Assembly (NCBI RefSeq): GCF_018350175.1
Contig: NC_058368.1
Coordinates: forward strand, 104,410,001-104,474,000
Length of the DNA: 64,000 nucleotides
From: Felis catus
Lineage: Eukaryota
Direction: 5' to 3'
Part shown: positions 37,349 through 49,400 of the stretch, one piece after another
Layout: each line of letters starts with the position of its first letter
How positions within the stretch are numbered: position 1 is the first letter of the stretch
Program-made: the position numbers and the translations under genes
Notes under the pieces: generated by a model
The model's database searches: none
Told to the model about the DNA's origin: nothing
What the model saw: the letters and a program-made list of their open reading frames with translations, nothing else

Positions 37349-37499
37349 CATTTTATGTCTTTATCTTTGTTTTCTATTTTCCCTTCCCATCTGCCTATAA
37401 GTTCTATTTCTCTGCCACCCACCTTAAACCTTTACTGAATCAAGGTGGGACCATGAGTACACAAACATAAAAAACGAGGTAATCTTAGGAAAACAAAAA

Positions 37500-37780
37500 T
37501 AGTCTCTTCTACACAATGGGTTGGGAGACAAATCCCTGGATAACAGTATCCACTAAACGTTGTAACGTACACATTCATGACACAGAAATACCGATTCCAG
37601 TAATTTATCCTACCCATACACAAGTGTGCGATATTTGTCGCACTGTTTGTAATGGGAAAAAGGAAAATAAAGTAAATTTCTGGGCATGGCTCAATGCATC
37701 ATCCTGCATATATACAACGGCACACCGTGCGGCTGTCCAAAAATGAGAGATGAGTTTATGTGTTCTAACATCAAGGGTGC
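37500..37780 (+). mobile_element. Ancient L1ME-like 3' fragment
   Basis: tgacacagaaataccgattccagtaatttatccta...gcactgtttgtaatggg...aaaaatgag. Confidence 0.55.
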
Positions 37781-38580
37781 CGTCAAGGTAATAAGGGAAG
37801 AATGTCAGTTGTTGGTAGGGTGGGGGTGGGAGGAGAGGAAGATATGTTTGTGATTTAACTTCCTCCTAACCCCCCCACAAATAGCAGGAATACTAAGGAG
37901 GGCTTGTTGCTTGTTGGATGGTGTAAACAAAATTGTCATCCTCGGCGCGGAAGCTTTCTCATAATTCACCCGGTATTAAATAACAGGAATGAGGAAGCAA
38001 AATTGCAGAAGCTTAGGAGTTCCGTTCTCTGAATTAGCACAGGCTACAGAGTGGGTGAAGATAGAGGAAAGACCAGAGTCTGGCCTTTGAAAGAGAAAAG
38101 CTTCAGCAGGTGGGGGTTGTCTAGTGGGCATTTTGATGAGAAATGCAGTGAATTTTCACTCTGTCTCCCACACTCTAAGTAAAACCTACCTCCCCACCTC
38201 CCAGTACTTTTGCAATTGGATTTGTTTTGGAGGGAACGTGATAAAGTGCTGCATCCAACCTAAATGTCAGAGAGGCTCAAGGGCAGAGGTGGCCCAGAGT
38301 GACCACTGGCCCCATCTGGGTCACCAACAGATAATCAGGTCCCATGTGCAATTAGTTCTGTGCATACTGGGAACTACAGGTTGAAAACTAGGAAAAGACT
38401 GGAATATGGACAAAAGCCAATATGCCTAATCAACCCTATGCAAAAGCAGCGGTCCGGCTTAATAAATACTGAGATGAGTCCCCATACCCAAGATGACTTA
38501 GAGCTATTTAGATAAAAAGGGTTAAAGCACCGTAGGAGAGAAGATAATTCCGGAACATAGCATGTATCACAGTAGCTGCT

Positions 38581-38810
38581 GGGGCGCGTGGATGGCTCAG
38601 TCGGTTAAGCGTCTGACTTAGGCTCAGGGCATGATCTCGCGGTTTGTGAGTTCGATCCCCGCCTCATGCTCTGTGCTGACAGCTCGGAGACAGGAGCCTG
38701 CTTCGGATTCTTTGTCTCCCCCTCTCTCTCCCCCTCCCCTGCTTGCACACTCTCTCTCTCTCTCTCTCTCTCTCAAAAATAAATAAACATGAAAAAAATT
38801 TTTTTAAAAA
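38581..38810 (+). mobile_element. CAN-SINE (SINEC_Fc2-like)
   Basis: Full SINE body with (TC)n linker and A tail. Confidence 0.92.
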
Positions 38811-39312
38811 GGAGTTGCAGTTACACACGTGAGAGATAGACAAAATGCTAGGTCTGACTGCATGAGTTGTAATAGGAATATTTTCTTCATCTGAAAAAAA
38901 AGAGTGATGTCGTGTCCATTAAAAATTGCTCTTACTGCCCATCTCACCTCTGCCCCTTGCCCTCACACAGAACCGCGCTGCCTGGCTATTCCTTCGTGAG
39001 ACTCTTGCGTCTTCTGGAACTACCACTTCCGCATCCTGTGGGACCACCCCTCGTGAGGACCTACCCAATGGAGCAGGCCCCCTGAACATGCTTTAGGAAC
39101 TGCCACACCCCTGGAATGTTATGCAAGTTAGTGTGTGTGTATACTTTTCTGGGGGGAAATGTACTGACTCACATATGGCCCCCTAAATACCAAGGACCTC
39201 TTACGTTAGAAGCCTGATAATGGAACTCCTAAAAAAAAAAAAAAAAAAAAAAAACCCAAAAAACTCATATTTCCAAGGCCTAGCACAAATCTTGGCAAAC
39301 AGTTGGTACTTT

Positions 39313-39316
<4 letters not shown>

Positions 39317-39354
<38 letters not shown>
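39317..39354. repeat. (CA)19 microsatellite
   Basis: Perfect CA run. Confidence 0.97.
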
Positions 39355-39355
<1 letters not shown>

Positions 39356-40192
39356 CTCACGATGATTGAGAATACAGAATATGCCAGGTGCAGAAAGGTT
39401 TATTATTGTGACCCTTTATATGTGGGGAAAATGAAGTCCTACTTGCGGATCCTTGTTGTGAGACTTTAAACCCTCGAGGTTGGTCCCTCTGTATAGATGC
39501 TATTAAATGACTGAATTACTGAATAAGATGACGAGTGGCAGCTACTAATACCTCCACAGTGCAGGTAAGGAAACTGAGGTAGCAGCACGGAGAGAGGGGA
39601 GTTGTGTCACACAGCCGTGTTACCTGTCTTCCAGCTAAGTGTGCTGTTCCTTACGGTCTCTGGGTTTGATACAGTGGTTATTTCTCTTGGACATGAGAGT
39701 GAAGTCCTGTACCCTAAACTGAACTCATTTCACCCATCTCTGAATTGAGGACTCTGGCATGTGTGGGAGAATCTTGTTCATCAGTAGGTGACACTTCACA
39801 CTGGCAGGGACCGCGTCACCACGGACGTCTGGTCCGGAGCACAGAGCTACCCCTTGGCCTCACCACACTGTATGCCTTGAGAATGTGGGCCTGGGATCAC
39901 CAGAACTTCAGAATTTTAAGAGAAACCAGAAACGTAGATTTTTAAGCGGAATGTCCTGAGTTTTACAGGTTGACAACTCACACATTTCTTGAAAACACAG
40001 TAAAGGCCAAACAAAATACATCATCTGAGGCTGGGTGGGCCCGTGGGCCACTAGTTGACAAACGAAACTTTCATTCGGCGAACGTCCAGAGTGATCTTCT
40101 GGCCCAGCCAGGCAGATAAAGTACGTGGAGGAGAGGAGAAATTACTATTGTCAGTTTGGCAGCCTGTTAGCATCTTTACTGAAAGGTCTGGC

Positions 40193-40215
40193 GGGGGGGG
40201 GGGGGGGGGGGGGGG
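40193..40215 (+). repeat. G23 homopolymer
   Basis: Uninterrupted G run. Confidence 0.95.
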
Positions 40216-41502
40216 TGGTTGAAAGAGAGTCTGAAGTTGTTTTGAGACTATCTGTGGATTTGAAATAAGCTCTCCGTGGCCCCGAACTGAAAATCCGGGG
40301 CGGGTAGGACCAGTTGTGCGTGACTCTCTCCCTGAAGCTACCAGTCAAGCTTTTCTGCTGCACAAAGAACTGTTCCAGTGCGCAGCGACACATGACTTCA
40401 GCATTCTTCAAGCGGTTGTTCGAGCGCAGTGCCCTGCTGAATGTGCAGAAAAATCCCCGACTCGCCGCATGTCTTCTTGCACTGCGTGTGCTTCTGCGGG
40501 GCGGCAAATCAGCCTCCAGCCGTGAACAAATGACTTCTTCCAGGATTGCTCTGGATAGTTCGCTGTCCACTGAGAAAGAAAAGCTTCTCAAAAGAATGGA
40601 ACTTCTCCTAACAGGAGGCCCCTACTTTGCCTTTTACTCTGTCAAGCAAGGCTGTGCAGAAGGCCGAATAAATGCGGACCCGTTTGGGGATCCGCGACTC
40701 TGGCACATGAGCATCTGGGGCCCAGAGCCCACTTCCCCGACAGTACAGCCTCAGGAGCTTCTGATGGCGAAAGCCAGGCAGAGGCATAATTTAGAAGGGG
40801 AGATGTTTCAGAATTGGTTTCCGCTCCAGCTGTAGGAATTGTATGTGGAGAAAACTTCCTGGAGACCCCTTTGCTTTAAATACGTTAGTAAAATGGATAC
40901 GGAGTATTAATGTCCTTCGCAAGGCGTTGGGAAGTAACACTAAACGCCGTTCCCTTTCAACTGAAGGTGCCGTATACGTGTTTAGTTTGGAGAGGGATCC
41001 GTGCTTGCGTATGCACAGTTTTCCTCCCGCCATACCAACAAACTGGGGATTTTCCAGCCCCCTTTCTTTAAACAACCACCAGAGAAAACATCACATCTGA
41101 TACGTAAGCCAACGGTAACAGAGTGCTAAAGTGTGGACAGCATCAAATATTATGTTTGGAGTGAGGCTTCCTTCTGCACAGGCTGCCAGGCAGGCTCATT
41201 TTACTTGTATAAGAACACTTTACTTGACTACTATGGTATTTAGAAGCCCTGGCCTGGAGTCCTCCCAAAGTCTGCCGTGAAATAGCTAAGGCTGTTTCCA
41301 AACACTCCTTTCTACTTTGGTTAACACTTTCCTCTCCTTTGAAGTCAGCTCGAAGGACTGCTTCAGGTTACCTCGAGTGTTTCGATACCCAGTTCCAACA
41401 TGTCAGGAGGACAACCCAGCGATAATGAAACCTGGTGCCACTGTCCAAACATCTGTGCTGTTCAGGCTTAAAAACTGTGGACCAAGATCAAATGCATACT
41501 TT

Positions 41503-41748
41503 TTTCATTAAAAAAATTTTTTTAAATTTTATTTTTGAGAGAGAGAGAGAGACAGAGAGACAGAGAGAGACAGAGACAGCGAGAGAAAGCATGTGAGTGA
41601 GCGGGGGGGGGGGGGGGGCGAGCGAGGTGGGGGGGACAGAGAATCCGAAGAGGGCTCGATGCTGATGTGAGGCTCGAACTCATGAACCATGAGATCATGA
41701 GCTGAGCTGAAGTCAGATGCTTAACCAACTGAGCCATCCAGGTGCCCC
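41503..41748 (-). mobile_element. CAN-SINE
   Basis: TSD tcaaatgcatacttt / tcaaatgcatatttt. Confidence 0.92.
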
Positions 41749-42186
41749 TCAAATGCATATTTTAATGCAAATCCGAAAGAAAGAACCTGTGTTCAGTTTT
41801 TCCTTTTCTAGCCCAGTTTTTAAATACCCAAATATAGAAGAACCTGTATGTTAGAGGCCAGGTGAGAATGGTTCCCACAGGGAACAAACAAGGCACAAAC
41901 GATCATGAGCTTTTTCTCTACTGCATATAAATGCGGTTCTTGAGATAGAGAATCTAATTATTCCTTAAACTGCCCTCCCATGTCCTAATTTACAGGATTT
42001 TGTTTCTTGTCCTGACAGTTAAGGTAACCTATGAAGGGGGAGCTGGATAAAGGGTGTGTTGACTCTGCATAAGGAGTCAAGGTGCCCACATCAAATTAAA
42101 GGTTGGATATAACTTGTAATTTTATTTTGGATTTTATTTTTGGTCGAGTAAATAATGACAGTTTGAGCGACATACATGTATACATA

Positions 42187-43009
42187 CAGTAAAACCTGGG
42201 ACTGTGAATAACTTGTTCTGTGAGTGTTCTGCAAGATGAGCAAATGCTTCTTTTAGATAAATTTTAACTTGATAAATGAGCAGTGTCTTGCAATAAAATA
42301 GCACGTGATGCCGAACATCACGTGATCACAACTGAGCCAATGGTTCTTCTCTCTCTCTCTCTCTCTCCCTGCGGGATTGTGGGTGATCTTCTCCCATACT
42401 CAGATGCTCGGTTGCAGGCCATGGTGTTTGGCAGAAATCAGTGATTTTTCAGAATTTTGGAAGGTGCCTACAACTGGCACTGGTGTATTTTTTGTTACTT
42501 CAAAGCACCTATGGACAGTCCTTTGCCTTTCCCTATAAGAGTAAGTTTAGGAATGCTTTGCTTCATTCTGGGTCACGGGATAGGTTCCTTGTTAAAGGTG
42601 CACCAAAAGAAAACGATTCCATTGAGCCAACAGATAGAAGTGATTCCGTTAGTGATAGTGAAAGTTGTCCTACACGATAACCCTCCTCTCTCCTGTCTCC
42701 CTCACACCAGCCACAAAGGGTTTCAAAGGTTAAGTGCAGGCTAATTTATTTTTCCTTTTATTTTGTATTTTCTTTATTATTTCTTTATGTATTTGTTTAT
42801 TATTTTGTATTATAGTATTTGTATTTCTTTATTATTTTGTATTATTTTGTATTTTGTATAATCATTTTTACATGAGTGTTTTTGGGTTGTGGAATGAATT
42901 ATCTGAGTTTCCGTTATTTCTTATGGGGAAATTCGCTTTGATAGACAGGTGCTTTGGATTGCAAGCATGTTTCTGGAACGAATTACGCTCGCAAACCAAG
43001 GTTTTACTG
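42187..43009. mobile_element. Non-autonomous Tc1/mariner-superfamily (Tigger/pogo-type) DNA transposon, 823 bp
   Basis: TA at 42185-42186 and 43010-43011; left end cagtaaaacctgggactgtgaataacttgttc versus reverse complement of right end cagtaaaaccttggtttgcgagcgtaattcgttc. Confidence 0.85.
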
Positions 43010-43019
43010 TATACCGTTA

Positions 43020-43315
43020 TTTTTTAATTGAGATATAATTCATCTGCCACATGATTCACCCATTGGAAATGGGTTTTAGTATATTCCCAGAGTTGTGTAA
43101 CCACCCCCGGAATCAATTTTAGAAACTTGTCACTCCCAAAAGAGACTGCATACCATTAGCAGCCACCCCCCACTCCTCTCTTCCCACAGCCCCTGGAAAC
43201 CGCAAATCTACTTTCTGTCACTATGGATTTGCGTACTGTGGACATTTTATACCAGTGGTGTCACATACTATGTGGCTCTTCCAGTCCGTTTTTGTCACTT
43301 AGCACGTTTTCAAGA
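43020..43315 (-). mobile_element. Ancient L1MB-like 3' end, antisense
   Basis: ttgagatataattca...agagttgtgtaaccac...aatctactttctgtcactatggatttgc. Confidence 0.8.
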
Positions 43316-43764
43316 GAGAGATATGTATACACACAGACACAAGAGCACCGTCTGACGGCTCCAGGAGGACCCGGGCGGTTCTTGCCGTTCACCTTCTCCC
43401 CTTCTTTGGGGCGTTCACATCCCATCTGCACGCGTTTGGGAAAGTGAGTGAGTCCTGCTGCGTCTCACGACAAATCTCCACTTGCCAGTGGCCGTCTCTG
43501 TGCCAACTTCTTGTAAAACCTCACACTCAACGTGTGCAACACGCTCTCAGCATCTTCCCTCTACACTTTTCCTCCTCGTCCCAGGATAATGGAGAGACAG
43601 GCTGTCCTCTTAGTGCTCGAGGGGACGCTGAGTGCTCAGCAGCTCTTCCCTGGGTGGCCGGGACCGCACCAAGAGGTTCTGACTTCCTCGTCTGCAAGTC
43701 CCCCAGATGATTCTAAAGTCTAGTTCTGGGATCTAACAGACTGCCGCAATGGCACGTGTCGTAG

Positions 43765-43983
43765 ACCAAGCAGGGGTTCTTACATCCGGAGACCTGGCTT
43801 CCAACCTCCTTCTACCGAAGGTTAGCTGCGCTACCTAGGGCACCTCAATGGTCTACCCTCCATTTCGCCATCTGTAACATGGGCTAACTAAATACGCCTT
43901 CATTGAAATGTTCTGAGTGTTAATTAAATCAGATATGAAGTACAAAGCAGAGGGCCTGGCACAGAGAAGTTCCTCAGAAAGTA
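43765..43983 (+). mobile_element. MIR (diverged)
   Basis: agacctggcttcc...catctgtaacatggg...aaagcagagggcctggcacag. Confidence 0.6.
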
Positions 43984-44175
43984 GGGGGCGGAGAGGGTGT
44001 ACATGCCTTGTTCTGAATTGTCTTTGTCACATCGCTAATATGGCTGGGTGACAACTAAGAACCAGTGTGTTTGAGTCCTTTTGTGAAAGGAGAAACGACC
44101 TCCCTGGCTGAGGGGAGTCCAGACCTTACAGGAGCACAGCCAGATGTCAACATTTTGTGCTGTTTTAGTTTCTTT

Positions 44176-44347
44176 ATTATTACTATCCTGAAAGGTTTTT
44201 TTTTTTTTTTATTCTGAGGGAGGGGAGGGGCAGAGATAGAAGAGAGAGAGAATCCCAAGCAGGCTCCACACTGTCAGCGCAGAGCCTGATGTGGGGCTCT
44301 GTCTCACAACTGTGAGATCACATGACCTGAGCCGAAATCAAGAGTTG
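44176..44347 (-). mobile_element. Headless CAN-SINE unit (second half of a dimer)
   Basis: SINE body starting at caactcttgatttcggctcagg on the minus strand; lacks the first ~30 nt. Confidence 0.8.
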
Positions 44348-44566
44348 TTTTGTTTTTATTCATTATTAATTAATTAATTCATATGTTTATTTATTTTAGA
44401 GAGTGAGTGGGGAAGGAGCAGGGAGAGAAAGTGGGAGAGAGAGGATCCTTAGCGGGCTCTGTGCTGACAGCAGACAGCCTGATGTGGGGCTTGAACTCAT
44501 GAACAGTGAGATCGTGACCTGAGCCAAAATCAAGAGTCTTAACTGACTGAGCCACCCAGGCATCCC
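44348..44566 (-). mobile_element. CAN-SINE (first half of the dimer)
   Basis: Complete head; TSD tgttttagtttcttt 44161-44175 / 44567-44581 encloses both units. Confidence 0.88.
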
Positions 44567-44597
44567 TGTTTTAGTTTCTTTCAATGGAGGAAGGGGT

Positions 44598-44822
44598 GGG
44601 GGCACCTGGGTGGCTCAGTCAGTCAAGTGTCTGACTTCGGCTCAGGTCACGATCTCACGGTTCGTGGGTTCAGGACTCACGTTGGGTTCTGTGCTGACAG
44701 CTCACAGCCTGGAGCCTGCTTTGGATTCTGTGTCTCCTTCTCTCCCTGCCCCTCCCCTGCTCGGGTTCTGTGTCTCTGTCTCAAAAATAAATAAAAACAT
44801 TTAAAAATTAAAAAAAAAAAAG
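44598..44822 (+). mobile_element. CAN-SINE (SINEC_Fc2-like)
   Basis: Full body; atggaggaagg / atggaagaagg flanks. Confidence 0.92.
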
Positions 44823-45970
44823 ATAATTACATGGAAGAAGGACTTGTGGTCAGAAGTTGGGAGAGCTCAATGTGCTATGTGACAGGAGGACGCTTCCACT
44901 GTGTCCACATGGGTTTAGGCTGTTCTTGACAGTCTGTTCACACAGCCAGCTAAACACCGATCATAATGTTTCCCCCTCCCCAAAACTCTTTGGACAGATT
45001 AGACGGAGACATCTGGTAGCAGTGGGCCCTAGGATACTTTGCAAAGTCTCATCGACAATTCTTAACCGTGAGAAGGGCTTCCGGTGGGGTTAGCCGTGCA
45101 CGCCTGCATTATCTCTCCTCTGCAGGAGGACCAAGGGATCGGGAAACATGCAGAAGAATCATATGGCTGGATTGCACGCATAATGCCCAGCAGTTGCTCC
45201 ACACCCTTAGAGGGACTTTGGCTTCCCCAGAGAGCTGCTCGTTTTTCAGTAACAAAGGGACAGATGATCCCTTCTGAAAAGTTGGCCTCAGGATGGGAGG
45301 GAAGGGGTAGGTGAGAGATCTGGCAGGGCCGTGGTGTGCCCATCCCTATCTGAGGACAGGAACTAGCCCTCTGCCCCAGACCCGGCTCTCGAGTCTGTGA
45401 GGCCACAGGCCGGTCACTTCCTCGGCTCAGGATCGTGTATCAGAAACAGCAACGCGGCAGCTCAGAACTCCGACTTAGGGCAGGGATCTAAATATGGGAG
45501 GGCTCGAATTCTCTGTTTTGGGTATCAGCAAAGACTATCGGAAGTGTCAGCAGGCTGAGAATGCAGACCTCGTGGGGAGCTAACTTTGGACTTGGAACGG
45601 CAGTTCACTCAGGGCCCCAAATCCACCCTCTCTGCCAACGTGATTTATGATGCCAGCTCAGCCCACTGAAGCTCAAATGGTCAAGGAGTCATGTCCCTCA
45701 ACTTACGTTCCATTTGTGCCTCCTGCACCTCCAGACACCTCACGGGCAGCAAATCAGTAGGAGCACAGGATGCAGAGGTTCTCTTAGAAGAGGCCTAACG
45801 TAAAGCCAAGACCCAAACCAGAAGAAAGCACTGAAAATCTGTGTGACTTTACCTTTTTTCCTATCTTTTTATCTGTGTCCACCTTCCTTGAGGGTTTGCA
45901 TATTTAATCGGTGTTGGCTATTTTTTTTTTTTTTGCCAATTCTTTTTTTTATTTAAAACAAATTTTTTTT

Positions 45971-46189
45971 TTAATATATTTTTTTCAACGTTTATTTTAT
46001 TTTTGGGACAGAGAGAGACAGAGCATGAACGGGGGAGGGGCAGAGAGAGAGGGAGACACAGAATCGGAAACAGGCTCCAGGCTCCGAGCCATCAGCCCAG
46101 AGCCTGACGCGGGGCTCGAACTCACGGACCGCGAGATCGTGACCTGGCTGAAGTCGGACGCTTAACCGACTGCGCCACCCAGGCGCCCC
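45971..46189 (-). mobile_element. Young feline CAN-SINE nested in the tail of an older SINE
   Basis: Perfect TSD aaaacaaatttttttt 45955-45970 / 46190-46205. Confidence 0.95.
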
Positions 46190-46205
46190 AAAACAAATTT
46201 TTTTT

Positions 46206-46407
46206 TAACATTTATTTATTTTTGAGACAGCGAGAGACAGAGCATGAACGGGGGAGGGTCAGAGAGAGAGGGAGACACAGAATCTGAAACAGGCTCCAGG
46301 CTCTAAGCTGTCAGCTCAGAGCCCGACGCGGGGCTCGAACCCACGGACAGTGAGATGGTGACCTGAGCCGAAGTCGGACGCTTAACCGACGGAGCCACCC
46401 AGGCGCC
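46206..46407 (-). mobile_element. CAN-SINE (host; its tail continues at 45944-45970)
   Basis: Outer TSD ttttttgccaattct 45929-45943 / 46408-46422. Confidence 0.93.
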
Positions 46408-46456
46408 TTTTTTGCCAATTCTAACAGCAAAAAGTTGATCAGAAAATCTGAAACCT

Positions 46457-46629
46457 GGGGGTGCCTGGGTGACTCAGCTGGTTAAGCATCTGAGTCTTGA
46501 TTTTGCTCCAGGTCATGATCTCCCAGTCTGAGTTCGAGGCTCCTGTCACCTGCTTGGGATACTCTCTCTCTCTTTCTCTCTCTCTAAATAAATAAACTTA
46601 AAAGACAGAGAGAGAGAGAGAGAGAGAGA
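46457..46629 (+). mobile_element. Internally deleted older CAN-SINE followed by (GA)n
   Basis: SINE head and tail with a shortened middle; GA run at ~46607-46629. Confidence 0.8.
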
Positions 46630-47274
46630 ATGGGAAACCCGCTATCATGTGACAGGGAGAGAGACAGAGGTTATTTAGATGAGGCTGAAGCAGGGTAAGA
46701 CCTGCTTGCATCCAGGTGCCTTTGGATGGAACTATACCATGTTCGTGTGGGCCCTGCAGTTTTAGGGGGCTGGAAGGGAAGAAACTGCCAGGGTTTCTCA
46801 AGGCATGGGGATGCTATCCGTCTTTTGAGTGATGCGATTCCCTAAGAAGGGAGTGTGTCACCCTCTAGGGAGGGCAGTGGCTCTGCGATGGGCCAGGTAC
46901 ACGGATGGGGGGGGGGGCAGACAGGAGGTTGAGGAAAAATGGTGGACCTCCATATTCAGAAAAGAGGCTCCAGAACAAACAAAAACCGGAGCGACGTTGC
47001 TTGGGAAAGAAACAGGACAGGAACACCTTCCATGCCAGGACAGGGGGATGTGGGAAGGAATGAGACAAGCCCAGCAGAGGTGAGGCCCAGCCCAGGGGCA
47101 GCACACTGGAAAGTTCCGGAGGTAAAGCCCAGTGGGTCCGGGAGGCTGACCGGGGAACCAGCCGGGACACAGGCTGTGGCTCCAGGGCCTGCTGGCTCAT
47201 TGCCAGAGCCCTGCCCAGGCCTCAAGTGAAAACAGAATGATCTGGCAGGAGTGCAGGGCCACTGAGAGCCAGTC

Positions 47275-47445
47275 AAGGTTCTTAAACCTTTTTGGGTCAT
47301 GGGTCCCTTTTAGGATCTGAGGAAAACTACAGAGCCACTCCCCTCGAAAGCACACTTCAGCTTCACATTATTCCCCCTTCACTTCCGGGGCTTCAGGGGT
47401 CCCTGAAGGCCAGGTCACACACTGGAGCTTATGACGTCCGGGCCC
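47275..47445. mobile_element. hAT-Charlie-like relic (Charlie4z-like)
   Basis: ggttcttaaacctttttgggtcatgggtccctttt..gatctgaggaaaactac; a similar, opposite-orientation relic lies at ~39080-39190. Confidence 0.45.
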
Positions 47446-48059
47446 AAAGGATGCTCCCATGCACTGAGAGAAGAGGAGTGATAACAGGAAATACTTGAAG
47501 GATTGTTTAATCCTTTAAACCTCTGGCAAATTGAGTGGAATCAGATGAGACCTGCCCTGATGAAACTGGTCTGAATAATACATAAAATGCAGTTAAGATG
47601 AGCGAGGCATTTAAGCTTTCGATGTGTGTGCAAGTCCAGTGGAATGACAGGGCCTGGTGGGGGGGGGGGGGGGAGAGGTCCCAGAAAAATTGAGGAAGAA
47701 AGAAAAATGGGGAAACCAAAGGTAGAGAGTGCGTGGCAAGGAAACTGTCCCCCTGTGTGCTGCTGGCTGGTGGCAGGAGAAGCTTGAGAACCATGGGAAC
47801 GGCTCTGGGTCACGGGGCTTTGCTCTTGGGGACCACACGTGGGTTCTGTCACTTGCGTTTCATACTAAATCAAGACACGTGGTATTTCTTTAAAAAATAT
47901 CACTATAGGTTTGTAACAGGGAGTCTGTACTTGTAATGATGACCTTTTTTTTTTTTTTTTAACAAGGCGGTTGGTGAAGTGCATCTTGGAAGGTATGGGA
48001 GAGAAAGGGTTGCAAGTCTGTTTGCTATTAGTAAATTATGTGATGGGTTTGATTTGATT

Positions 48060-48282
48060 TTTTAAAAATGTTATTTATTTTGAGACACAGAGAGCGTGTG
48101 CACATGCAGGAGAGCAGGGGATGGGCAGAGAGACAGAGGGAGAGAGAATCCCAAGCAGGCTTCGTGCTGTCATCAGCAAGGGGCCCAATGTGGGGCTTGA
48201 TCTCATAAACCACGAGATCACGGCCGGAGTGAGCCAAAATCAGGAGTCGGATGCTTAACCAACCGGGACACCCAGGGGCCCC
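48060..48282 (-). mobile_element. Older CAN-SINE
   Basis: Reverse SINE body. Confidence 0.88.
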
Positions 48283-48477
48283 TGATTTCTGAAAAGATGC
48301 ATCTTGGGAGGTGTGGGAGAGGAGTTGCACCTCCATTTGCTATCAGTAAATGATGTGTTAGGTTTAATTTGATGGTTTTATATTAAGACTAGAAGCATGT
48401 CTTTTTTGTACAGATGAATTTTCAGCAGTTGTAGGAAGGCTCAAATTCTGAAAACACAAAGGGGGTCTTGATTCTGT

Positions 48478-48662
48478 TTTTTAATGGCAGTGTAGTTGAC
48501 ATACAATTAGCTTCAGGTATACAACATAGTGATTCAACACTACATACATTAGGAAATGGTCACCACCATAAATCCACTACAGTCTGTCATTATACAGAGT
48601 TGTCATAGTATTATTAACTATATTCCCTATGCTGTTCAGTGTATCCTTGTGTCTTATTTATC
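48478..48662 (-). mobile_element. L1 3' end fragment (L1MA/carnivore-type), antisense
   Basis: tagttgacatacaat...ttcaggtatacaacatagtgattcaaca...tatattccctatgctgt. Confidence 0.75.
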
Positions 48663-48678
48663 AGTGGTCTTTGATTCT

Positions 48679-48897
48679 TTTTTTTTTTTTAATTTTTTAA
48701 TGTTTATTTATTTTTGAAAGAGAGAGACAGAGTGTGAGCGGGCAAGAGGTAGAGAGTGGGAGACACAGAACCCAAAGCAGGCTTCAGGCTCTGAGCTGTC
48801 AGCACAGAGCATGACGTGGGGCTCAAACTCACTAACTGCGAGATCATAACCTGAGCTGAAGTCGGACGCTTAAGTGACTGAGCCCCCTGGGTGATCT
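48679..48897 (-). mobile_element. CAN-SINE (SINEC_Fc2-like)
   Basis: TSD agtggtctttgattct 48663-48678 / agtggcctttgattct 48898-48913. Confidence 0.93.
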
Positions 48898-49194
48898 AGT
48901 GGCCTTTGATTCTCAAACACACCTTTGCTGGGAGAGAGCCTAAAGCTGAGAGCAATTTTCATGGAGGACTATTTGGTCCATGGGTACAGAACACATACGG
49001 AAACAACAAGGTAGATTGTTCAAGGAAACTTAACTTCTTATAAAGAAAGGGATAGTTTAGCGTATTAGCAGAACATGACATGAATGTGAGTTCATTGCAA
49101 GCATATCTAACAGTAGTAGGATTTATAGAAATATGTTCATTGTCTAATGTTCCATAAGGATATGTAGAACATACTGTGATACATGCAAAATAAG

Positions 49195-49400
49195 GAGCAT
49201 AAAATTAAGAATCAGAAGACTTGGACTCAGGCACGTTCAGCAACTGTCAGCTACATGGCCTCAGCAAATTATTTACCATTTCAGACACAGCCCAAGTATC
49301 CCTCCTATAAAATGAGACTTAAAAGTGCCTGCTCCCACCCTACCTGACAAGTACTATCAAATTTGAGGAATGAATGAACTATCATAAATTGAAGCATTTG
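49195..49400 (+). mobile_element. MIR (diverged)
   Basis: gaatcagaagacttgg...cagcaaattattt...cctctataaaatg...cctacct. Confidence 0.55.

Noticed and set aside
39560..39575. CAG|GTAAGG splice donor
   Set aside because: Lies in a MIR-like core (ggaaactgagg) with no convincing upstream acceptor
40151..40835. Overlapping 146 aa and 173 aa ORFs
   Set aside because: No recognisable domain; the + ORF starts at TTG; expected by chance in GC-richer sequence
42734..43027. Hydrophobic 97 aa ORF resembling a membrane protein
   Set aside because: Translation of the T-rich low-complexity interior of the DNA transposon
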